From Aeropyrum pernix K1 (lineage in GTDB: Archaea > Thermoproteota > Thermoprotei_A > Sulfolobales > Acidilobaceae): a DNA stretch of 32,000 nt. Below, one piece after another: positions 10,144 to 18,072 of this stretch. The position numbers were made by a program, and so were the translations under genes. The stretch spans positions 270,001 to 302,000 of the forward strand of contig NC_000854.2 in NCBI RefSeq assembly GCF_000011125.1, in the 5' to 3' direction. The notes below the pieces were generated by a model. The model searched no databases, was not told where the DNA came from, and worked only from the letters and a program-made list of their open reading frames with translations. Numbering within the stretch: the stretch's first letter is position 1; every line of letters starts with the position of its first letter.

Positions 10144-11940
10144 CTAGCCCGACACAAGCTCATCCAGCGCCTTCAACGCCCTATCCCTAATCTCGTCTAT
10201 CTTCTCCAGCTGGTCGTTGGGTATGGTGAACTTCGCCTTCACTATGTCTATATAAAGCCTGCCGAGGGCCTGGAGTATCTGCTGGGTCGTCACGCCCTTC
10301 TCAATCAGCTCTAGGCTCTTCCTGTGTATGTCCATAATCATCTTCAGCAGCCTGAACTGCTTCTGAGGCGTTGCGAAGGCGTCTATGGGGTCGAAGGCGT
10401 TCTGCTTCAGGAACCCGTCCTTGATTAGCCTGGCCGTCTCCAGCACCATCTTATCCTTCTCGTCCAAACCCTCAGTACCAACCAGCCTGACTATCTCCTG
10501 GAGCTCGCTCTCCCTCAGCAAAATGTCCATAGCCTCGTCCCTATACTCCCTCCACCTCTTATCCACGTTCTCATGCCACCACTGCGTCACGAGGTCTACA
10601 TAGGCGCTGTAGCTCATGAGCCAGTTTATAGCCGGATAGTGCCTGCTGTAGGCGAGCTTCGTGTCGAGAGCCCAGAACACCCTGATGAACCTTGTAGTGT
10701 GGCTTGTGACCGGCTCGCTAAAGTCACCGCCCGGCGGGCTTACAGCGCCGACCACGGTCACGCTACCGCTCCTCTCCGGGGAGCCTAGGGCCTTGACCCT
10801 GCCCGCCCTCTCGTAGAACTCGGCCAGCCTGGAGGCGAGGTAGCTGGGGTAGCCCTCCTCGGCGGGCATCTCCTCGAGACGCCCAGCGATCTCCCTTAGC
10901 GCCTCCGCCCACCTGCTGGTGGAGTCGGCGACGAGGAGGACGTCGTAGCCCATGTCCCTGTAGTACTCTGCTATCGTTATGCCGACGTAGATGCTCGCCT
11001 CCCTAGCGGCTACCGGCATGTTGCTAGTGTTGGCTATGAGGACAGTCCTGTCCATCAGCGGCTTCCCGGTCCAGGGGTCCTTATACTGGGGGAACCTCTC
11101 GAGGACCTCGGTCATCTCGTTGCCCCGCTCGCCGCAGCCTATGTATATGACCACCCTAGCCTCGCTCCACTGGGCCAGCGAGTGGAGGGTCACCGTCTTC
11201 CCCGTTCCGAACCCCCCGGGCACGGCGCCCGTGCCACCCTTCGCCATGGGGAAGAACGTGTCTATAATCCTGACCCCAGTTATCAGGGGGAGCTGGGGCT
11301 CCAGCTTCTCCTTGAAGGGCCTGGGTATACGGACAGGCCACCTCTGGTGCATCCTAATCTCCACATCCCTACCGTCCCTCTCGACCACCGCTATCGTGTC
11401 CTCAACACTATAGTCGCCCTCGCTGGCGAGCCACTTAAGCCTCCCCCTTATCCCGGGGGGCACCATGACAACATGCTCTATCAGGCTAGTCTCCGGCACC
11501 CTCCCCAGGGCGTCGCCCCCCTCTACCTTATCACCCTCCTTCAGCGGCTCCGGCTTGAAGTGGAACTTCCTATCCCTGGGCAGGGGGGGCGCCTGTATCC
11601 CCCTCTCTACGAACATCCTCCTCCTAGGGTCTACCTCGGCCACCTTCTCGGCGATTATGGGGAGGGGCCTCTGGACGCCGTCGTATATTGTGCCTAGGAG
11701 GCCGGGACCCAGCTCCACGCTCAGGGGGGCGCCTGTGCCCACAACAGGCTCCCCAGGCTTGAGGCCGCTGGTGGACTCGTAGACCTGTATGAAAGCCCTG
11801 TCGCCCCTAATCCTCGTTATCTCGCCTATAAGCCTGTCCTCGCCAACATAGACCATCTCATACATCTGAGCGCCGCTCATCCCCTCGGCCACGACCAAGG
11901 GGCCCGAGATCCTAACTATAGACCCCTTAACAGCCAACAC
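10144..11940 (-). CDS. atpA: A-type ATP synthase catalytic subunit A
   Basis: 598 aa; Walker [85 protein letters not shown]. Confidence 0.98.
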
Positions 11941-11975
11941 TCCAGCACCCCCAAGCTAGACGATTCGAGACGGCT

Positions 11976-12578
11976 TTAAGCTTCGAACAGCGCCCTCTTC
12001 ACAGCCCTCCTTAGCCTAGGCTCCTCTGCAGCAATAATATTGTTCACAGTATAGTCCAGCCTCGCGCCCTCCGCAAGCTCCACGACAACGCCGCCGTATA
12101 TACCCTCCACCGCCTCGACGGAGACCCCGTCTAGGCCCAGCTTCCCTAGGACCTCCCTCACAATCTCCTCATCCTCGGGAGCACAGAGGACCTTCGCCAC
12201 AGAGCCGCCAGACTCCCCTGCGGCGCTGCCTAACACCCTCTCGAGATACTGCCTATAACTCTCCATACCCGCCTTCCTCCTCCTAAACTCGGCTAGAGCC
12301 TCCTCAATCAGCCTCGACACCAGCTCATCCTTAACCCTCTCAGCCTCAGTCCTGACCTCCAGATCCGCCTTAGACTTTAGGCCCTGCAGCCTCTCCCTAG
12401 CCTCCTCAACCCTCGACTCCAGCCTCTTCCTAGCAGCCGAGAGAGCAGACTTGTAAGCCTCCTCAACAAGCTTCAAACCAGCCTCCCTAGCCTCCTCAAC
12501 CCTCGCCAGGGCCTCTTTGAACGGCTTCTCGAGAACGGTGTCAGCAAACCTCCTAGGGTCACCCTGAACCTTGGCCAA
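11976..12578 (-). CDS. atpE: A-type ATP synthase subunit E
   Basis: 200 aa; long N-terminal charged coiled coil, C-terminal GGVVVELAEGARLDYTVNNIIAAEEPRLRRAVKRALF, upstream of atpA. Confidence 0.9.
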   Translation of the reverse strand: MAKVQGDPRRFADTVLEKPFKEALARVEEAREAGLKLVEEAYKSALSAARKRLESRVEEARERLQGLKSKADLEVRTEAERVKDELVSRLIEEALAEFRRRKAGMESYRQYLERVLGSAAGESGGSVAKVLCAPEDEEIVREVLGKLGLDGVSVEAVEGIYGGVVVELAEGARLDYTVNNIIAAEEPRLRRAVKRALFEA

Positions 12579-12593
12579 CAGCCATGCACCCCC

Positions 12594-12905
12594 CTAACCG
12601 AAGCCGAGGGCACGGGCTATTAGCTTCTTAACATCTATAGGCTCAGCCTTCTCGCCCATCGACGGTATTATCAGAAGCGTGACCCCGAGCCTGTCAGCCT
12701 CTCTCCGCAGCGACTCCTCATCCTCTACGAGATGCTTGAGCACCAGCACTATCCTTACGCCGTTCTCGACCACACTCCTCCTGAAGGCGTCCAGGACCTC
12801 CTCACTCCCAGCAACCTCCACGACGCTAGCGCCCACGCCCATAAACAGTGGGGCGGTCTCCCTGTCGACTATCGCGAGTATCCTGCCACCCGCCACAGCC
12901 ATCAT
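12594..12905 (-). CDS. atpF: A-type ATP synthase subunit F
   Basis: 103 aa; ILAIVDRETAPLFMGVGASVVEVAGSEEVLDAF...ILVLKHLVEDEE-type fold and operon position. Confidence 0.88.
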   Translation of the reverse strand: MMAVAGGRILAIVDRETAPLFMGVGASVVEVAGSEEVLDAFRRSVVENGVRIVLVLKHLVEDEESLRREADRLGVTLLIIPSMGEKAEPIDVKKLIARALGFG

Positions 12906-12968
12906 ACAACACCTAAGCCTCCCGTGGCGCCTTCACAGTGAACCCATGGGACTATGGGAGCCGCAGAC

Positions 12969-12977
12969 GCTTTTATC
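12969..12977 (-). promoter_or_regulatory. Putative TATA box of the ATP synthase operon
   Basis: Minus-strand GGATAAAAG in the intergenic region about 65 nt upstream of the atpF start. Confidence 0.4.
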
Positions 12978-13067
12978 CAGCACCCAGGGCTCCACCTGTC
13001 TTAGCGAACGGCTGTATTGCGTGTATAACACCTCTTCCCCCTTCCGTCTGCCTAGGGTGGGGCTAGG

Positions 13068-14156
13068 GTGGCCATTATACTGGGGGGGATGGTGCCTAGG
13101 CCGCCGTGGAAGTACAGGCTATTGGCTGCTATACACGCCCACAGGAACGCGGGTGACCCGGGGGCCGATCCTCTGGTGAGAAGGGCTGTGGAGAGGCTCG
13201 TAGCCGTGACCTCGAGGGTAGTGTTTGGCGTTGAGAAGCCTGGCTGGATAACCTCTGGGGCGAGCGAGGGCAATCTCCTAGCACTCTACACCCTCCGGGA
13301 GGAGGGGTACCGGAGGGTTGTAGCGTTCGACACGTCACACTACAGCATCAAAAAGTCGGCGCTGACGCTATCCATGGAGCTCGACCTCCTCCCCACCCAC
13401 GGGGGGAGGCCCAGGCTAGACCTCCTGGAGAGGAGGATCACGCCCGACTCTGTTGTTGTGGCCACCGTAGGCACCACGCAGGAGGGGCTAGTCGACCCAG
13501 TGGAGGAGATAGCGGGGGTGGCGGAGAGCGTTGGGGCAGCGGTCCATGTTGACGCGGCCTACGGAGGCTACATAGCAAGGTTCCTAACCGGGAAGGCCCG
13601 GTTCAGACTCGAACCTCCCGTCATGACGGTAGTGGTGGACGCCCATAAGATCCCGGAGGCGCCCCCTCCCGCGGGCGTGATACTCGCCTCCAAGCAGAAA
13701 CTCCTAGACAACCTGTGGTTCGAATCACCCTACATACCAACAGGCAGGCAGTTCGGCATCCTCGGCACCAGGCCGGGAGGCCCCATAGTGGCGGCGTGGA
13801 GGAGGGTTGAGGACCTCGAGAGAAACCCCGGCTTCCCCAGGCTCGCCAGCATCCTAATGAGGAGGCTCAGGAAGACACTGAAAGCACTTGAAAGACTCGG
13901 CTACGAGACACCAGTAACTCCCGACCTACCAGTTGCCTGCGCCACACACCCCAGACTGGGAGAGGTCCTCGAAAGGCTCAAAGCCTCGGGAGTACGAGTC
14001 TACAGGTGCCGTTCACCCAAACCGTGCCTTCATGTAACAAATTATGGCAGGTTGTGTCGGGCACGGCTGGGGTCATCACGGTCTCCCCGGGGCTGCCTAC
14101 GGAAGCCCCTGGGGGCTTCCCTCGGGAACCCCGGGGTCACCGGGTTAGGTTTATAA
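13068..14156 (+). CDS. PLP-dependent decarboxylase, MfnA-like (L-tyrosine/L-aspartate decarboxylase family), atypical C-terminus
   Basis: 362 aa; WITSGASEGNLLALY, VVATVGTTQEGLVDPVEEIA, VHVDAAYGGYIARF, VVDAHKIPEAPPPAGVILA (PLP Lys). The last roughly 45 codons do not look like the family. Confidence 0.85.
   Translation: MAIILGGMVPRPPWKYRLLAAIHAHRNAGDPGADPLVRRAVERLVAVTSRVVFGVEKPGWITSGASEGNLLALYTLREEGYRRVVAFDTSHYSIKKSALTLSMELDLLPTHGGRPRLDLLERRITPDSVVVATVGTTQEGLVDPVEEIAGVAESVGAAVHVDAAYGGYIARFLTGKARFRLEPPVMTVVVDAHKIPEAPPPAGVILASKQKLLDNLWFESPYIPTGRQFGILGTRPGGPIVAAWRRVEDLERNPGFPRLASILMRRLRKTLKALERLGYETPVTPDLPVACATHPRLGEVLERLKASGVRVYRCRSPKPCLHVTNYGRLCRARLGSSRSPRGCLRKPLGASLGNPGVTGLGL
14101..14120. repeat. 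Perfect inverted repeat (9-bp arms, 2-nt centre)
   Basis: GGAAGCCCC-TG-GGGGCTTCC. Confidence 0.85.
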
Positions 14157-14172
14157 GCTTAAAGCCTTATAA
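14151..14172. repeat. Inverted repeat, 7-bp arms with 8-nt spacer
   Basis: TTATAAG-CTTAAAGC-CTTATAA. Confidence 0.7.
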
Positions 14173-14177
14173 GTTTT

Positions 14178-14194
14178 ATTGGGGATTCCCCAAT
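14178..14194. repeat. Perfect inverted repeat, 8-bp arms with 1-nt centre
   Basis: ATTGGGGA-T-TCCCCAAT. Confidence 0.8.
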
Positions 14195-14221
14195 ATGAGC
14201 TACATAACGAAGAGATATGCT

Positions 14222-14250
14222 TAGATAGGCATTCAACACCAGCCTATCTA
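14222..14250. repeat. Perfect inverted repeat, 9-bp arms with 11-nt loop
   Basis: TAGATAGGC-ATTCAACACCA-GCCTATCTA. Confidence 0.85.
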
Positions 14251-14272
14251 ACAGCTCTACGCGGTATAGAAA

Positions 14273-14299
14273 GATACAGTTCGATACAGAAAGTTACAG
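14273..14299. repeat. Short direct repeats at 10-bp spacing
   Basis: GATACAG (14273-14279), GATACAG (14283-14289), GTTACAG (14293-14299). Confidence 0.6.
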
Positions 14300-14390
14300 C
14301 TTAGTATTTCTGCCCCCGGTACAGCGGGGTGAGAATAGTGATGATGCCGAGTATAAGACCGAAAACCTATATAAAATATCTAGCTTTGCA

Positions 14391-17300
14391 TTAAATAGGT
14401 CCTCCTGCACCGAAGTAGTATTCTTCCCGTTTCTCGATACTCACTTTCCTTCTGAACGGAATTCTTTCGGCAGGATTCTTTATACAAAGTATGACCGGTT
14501 TCTCTGTTCTAACACCATAGACTATATAGAGCCAGTAATTATCTCCCTTCTTCTCAGCCACCTTGAACTCCTCGCTTTTAAGCCCAAAGTTAAGGGATCT
14601 CTTAATTTTAGTCTTAACTTCGATGAACCTCTCCTCTTTGATACTTCCATCTTCTCCTCTTTTTACACTTCTCACATCATAATGCTCATGTCCCGAAACC
14701 CTTGTAGGTTCCCTATCTTCTTGTTTCTCATAGTCTAGTACAGTGGAGATAGCTTCATCTTCAGCCCAACCCCACACTTCCTCACTAGGCACATCCTTTA
14801 CTTCAGGTAGATTTGCAGAACTAATCATTATGAATGTGGGCTCCCTGATTTTCACTTGGGGCTCATATGTATGAAAGAATTTTTTAGCACCCAGCTTCTC
14901 CTTAACCTCCTCATACTCTTCAAGCATTTTAATTAGCTTAACAGCCCCATTCTTGAGCGCCGTTTCATAGAATGTATTGGGCGAAGAACTCATGATTTGG
15001 GGAATTAAATTAAGGACATCATCTAAGCCGTAAACTTCATCTACAGGAACTGAATTATCAAGTATTTTAAGGAGCTTGCTAAAGAGCTCCTTTCCCCTAA
15101 GTATAGTTAAGCTGTATGTCTCAACATTAGCCAATATCCCTATAGGCTCCCTATATCTAATTTCTCCGCCTATTAATACCTCAACTTCCGATAGAAGCAT
15201 TACCTCCTTTTCACTGCTTTGATAAACAAAATACTTTGCATGGTCATCTGTTCTGAAATAGGCCTGCAACCTTTTCAAGAAGGTCTCGGGGTTACTAATA
15301 GGTAGTTCAAACACAGTTCCATCTTTAGATCTTAAAAGTATCTTATCCTCTCTTTCCTCGAAACTTAGGTCTAGTATCTTAGAAAATGCTTCTCCAGCAT
15401 TTTTCAATGTCTCGACAACATCCTCCATATCTCTAAAGCCAGTTAGATGTAGCAACTCCTCCCGAACCTTTTCAGCGTCTGCTCTAACCGGAAATATTCT
15501 CTTATACTTTATCTCCCTTACGAGCCTCTTCAACGCCTTTATAAAGGCTTTAACAAAAGCACGGGCATCTTTGGCAACTAATTCGATAATCCTCGCTTCC
15601 GAGAGCGAAATTTTCCTATTCTCGAAGTTTATCTCAATTGGTATAAGGCCACCTATGGTCTCCCTCTCTTCAACAGCATGTTCTAATAATTCATTCCTTA
15701 TGGTTGAAAGGAACACTTGTTCTCCTAATATTGGTTCGAGTTTCCCTACTGAAATTGATATTCCATAGAGCTTCGCAAAGACAGTTTCAGCTACCTCTTT
15801 CTCCAGGCCATCGGCTAGGAATAGGTTAAACACATAGGTAGTTTTGTCCTGACCATATCTCCAAACCCTACCTATTCTCTGCTCAAGCCTTATGGGAGAC
15901 CAGGTTATCTCATAGTTGATAATGACATTGGCGTACTGAAGATTTAGTCCCTCACCAGCGACATCAGTTGTGACAAGAACTCTTCTACCATCCTCAGACA
16001 ACCACCTCTTTATATCCTCGATTTCACCCCTATTCTCAGAGGTAAATACCCTTACTATGCCTGGATCTCCAAACTCATCCTCGGCCCACTTCCTCAGCTT
16101 CTCGTAGAGATAAGTTGCAGTATCCTTAAACTCGGTGAACACAATGGCTTTCTGGCTAGCCAAATCTTTAAACTCGTCGGGAAGCTCCTCGGGAGGCGTA
16201 TATAGCACCAGTCCAAGTATTTTCTTCAGGGTTTCTACTTTGGAATCGACCGCTTTGCCTACTAAAATATCTTCAGCATACTTCTGAGCTTTCTTTAACT
16301 CTTCCCTAAACATATCGTCAAGGAGCTTATCGAAGTATATAGCTAGTCTCTCAAACTCTTCATCGAGCTCCTCATCTATTTCTCCGATATCTCCTGAGAG
16401 TATCTCGTCTAACTTCCTAGCGTAGTCTTCTATCTCCTCAGCTATTTTCTTCTGAGCCTCATCTGGGGTATACCCTCTGTCAATAAGCTCTATGAACCTG
16501 CCCCTCTTTTCCACAAGTTTGCCGAAAGTCTTTACTAGAGCCTGAGGACTCGAAAGCCCTCTCTTGACGAGTAAGGTTCTTAGTAAAGCTACTATGCTCT
16601 GTGCTCTACCTGTTTTCCAGCCTAGCTCCTTTACAATGTAGGTGTAATAGCTTCTTAGATAGGATGTTGTAAGCTCGGTTATAGTCCGCAGAAAGCCTCT
16701 CTCAACATCGTTAGGCTCTATAAGAACCGCCAGCATGTTGCAGGGTTTGAATATCTCGGCTCTTTCATAGATCTTGTTCACGTCATCCTTGTTTCTCCTG
16801 AAGAGGATTACATTATGTGTTCGCTGGTAGAATTCCGGCTTATCAAAAACTTTCTCAAGAGTGCTCACACTAGTTACGTCCAGAAGCGTTGGATCAACTA
16901 GTGCTAAACGTGAGAGATAATCGTTGGCCTTTCCTCTATGGGGTGTAGCCGATAACAGCAGCACTATAGCATCTCTATTCTCCATTATAAGCTTCCCCAG
17001 GTTTCTCCATCTCATGTTCGGTTCTCCGCCAACGACACCGAGCTTGTGGGCTTCGTCAACTACTATTGCATCCCATTTGTTTCTTTGGAGAAAAGCCATA
17101 TACTCTGGCCGCTTTAGAGTATCAATAGACCCTATGTACCATCCGGAAGGTAGCTCGGGTTGTTTGGCTCGGAAGTCTAGGCTTTTCCTTTCTATTAGGA
17201 TTGGATTGATGCCCATGCTTCTCATCTCGTCTTTCCATTGTTCAACAAGTACCGCTGGTACTGCGATTAGAACCCTCCCTAGCTTCTGGTTCTTGTAGTG

Positions 17301-17510
17301 TTCTATTGTCTTGAGTATTCTGAGTGCTGTAACGGTTTTTCCGAGCCCTATCACATCGGCTATGAGAATTCTAGTAGGCTTTATGAAGAGAGACTTGGCC
17401 ACCACCTCAGTCTGATGGAGTAGGGGATTTTTTTCGCCGTATATGAAAAAGGGATTGGAATCAAGATACCTTTCCGCGGTCCACAAGAGGGGGGCTATAT
17501 ATGGGTTCAT
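14391..17510 (-). CDS. SNF2/Rad54-like superfamily 2 helicase with C-terminal DUF3883-like (PD-(D/E)XK-like) domain; putative defense component
   Basis: 1039 aa; Walker A ADVIGLGKTVTALRIL, VVDEAHKLG, LLLSATPHRG, ATDVAGEGLNLQYANVIINYEITWSPIRLEQRIGRVWRYGQ. C-terminus GHEHYDVRSV...RFIEVKTKI...GDNYWLYIVYGV. Confidence 0.93.
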   Translation of the reverse strand: MNPYIAPLLWTAERYLDSNPFFIYGEKNPLLHQTEVVAKSLFIKPTRILIADVIGLGKTVTALRILKTIEHYKNQKLGRVLIAVPAVLVEQWKDEMRSMGINPILIERKSLDFRAKQPELPSGWYIGSIDTLKRPEYMAFLQRNKWDAIVVDEAHKLGVVGGEPNMRWRNLGKLIMENRDAIVLLLSATPHRGKANDYLSRLALVDPTLLDVTSVSTLEKVFDKPEFYQRTHNVILFRRNKDDVNKIYERAEIFKPCNMLAVLIEPNDVERGFLRTITELTTSYLRSYYTYIVKELGWKTGRAQSIVALLRTLLVKRGLSSPQALVKTFGKLVEKRGRFIELIDRGYTPDEAQKKIAEEIEDYARKLDEILSGDIGEIDEELDEEFERLAIYFDKLLDDMFREELKKAQKYAEDILVGKAVDSKVETLKKILGLVLYTPPEELPDEFKDLASQKAIVFTEFKDTATYLYEKLRKWAEDEFGDPGIVRVFTSENRGEIEDIKRWLSEDGRRVLVTTDVAGEGLNLQYANVIINYEITWSPIRLEQRIGRVWRYGQDKTTYVFNLFLADGLEKEVAETVFAKLYGISISVGKLEPILGEQVFLSTIRNELLEHAVEERETIGGLIPIEINFENRKISLSEARIIELVAKDARAFVKAFIKALKRLVREIKYKRIFPVRADAEKVREELLHLTGFRDMEDVVETLKNAGEAFSKILDLSFEEREDKILLRSKDGTVFELPISNPETFLKRLQAYFRTDDHAKYFVYQSSEKEVMLLSEVEVLIGGEIRYREPIGILANVETYSLTILRGKELFSKLLKILDNSVPVDEVYGLDDVLNLIPQIMSSSPNTFYETALKNGAVKLIKMLEEYEEVKEKLGAKKFFHTYEPQVKIREPTFIMISSANLPEVKDVPSEEVWGWAEDEAISTVLDYEKQEDREPTRVSGHEHYDVRSVKRGEDGSIKEERFIEVKTKIKRSLNFGLKSEEFKVAEKKGDNYWLYIVYGVRTEKPVILCIKNPAERIPFRRKVSIEKREEYYFGAGGPI

Positions 17511-17520
17511 GATCTCACGC

Positions 17521-18069
17521 CTAGTCGAGCTTGTAGAGGACTTTTACCGCCCTGCCAACTCTTAGCATATGCCAATGCCATGCCGGGTTACTGGAGGCCT
17601 TCAACTCTCTATACCTATCCATCACTATTGTTGACAAAATGTTGATAAGGTTAGCGTTCATGGTCAACAAAAGATTCCTTAAAGCATTGAACCTCGCTTC
17701 TAAAGGCTTTTTATAAGTTGAAACCGTGACCGCAAAGAGTAGATGCCTCCGGAAGGCTACCTCGTTCGGCAGAAGTACAATAGGTTTTTCATAGTAGAGG
17801 TTCTGGCCTCGAATCTTAGACATTCTAACTTCAACAGTCTCCCCGCCGAGCTCTCTAGAGAAATCCAGTACTAGCTCCATAAACCTAACCGGGAAGGCTA
17901 TTCTTGCTTCGCCATTCCCGGCTGCTCTTGACGGCTCCTGACCTTCAAGTAGGCTGTAATATTCAATGTAAAACCTATGGGTTCTCAAAATGCCCTCATA
18001 CCTGTAATAAGGTTTCTTTCTCTTCCTAGCGGTAAAGGTGAAAACGTACCGTCCCTCCCTGGCCATCAA
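17521..18069 (-). CDS. Uncharacterised 182-aa basic protein within the putative defense operon
   Basis: ORF fits between its neighbours with gaps of 3 and 10 nt, on the same strand. No family recognised by eye; position matches the small subunit (e.g. DUF3780) of DUF499/DUF1156 systems, but homology is not established. Confidence 0.8.
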   Translation of the reverse strand: MMAREGRYVFTFTARKRKKPYYRYEGILRTHRFYIEYYSLLEGQEPSRAAGNGEARIAFPVRFMELVLDFSRELGGETVEVRMSKIRGQNLYYEKPIVLLPNEVAFRRHLLFAVTVSTYKKPLEARFNALRNLLLTMNANLINILSTIVMDRYRELKASSNPAWHWHMLRVGRAVKVLYKLD

Positions 18070-18072
18070 CTA

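Noticed and set aside
14006-14224. 72-aa plus-strand ORF
   Set aside because: Overlaps the decarboxylase ORF out of frame and runs through palindromes. Could at most mark a frameshift of the decarboxylase, but it does not restore a recognisable family C-terminus.
14338-14344. C box-like GTGATGA suggesting a C/D box sRNA
   Set aside because: No D box (CTGA) or C'/D' pair at suitable spacing downstream.
14157-14390. CRISPR-like or attachment-site array
   Set aside because: Inverted repeats differ from each other and the direct repeats are only about 7 bp. There are no repeat-spacer units, and no duplicate of the tRNA-Thr 3' end was found by eye.
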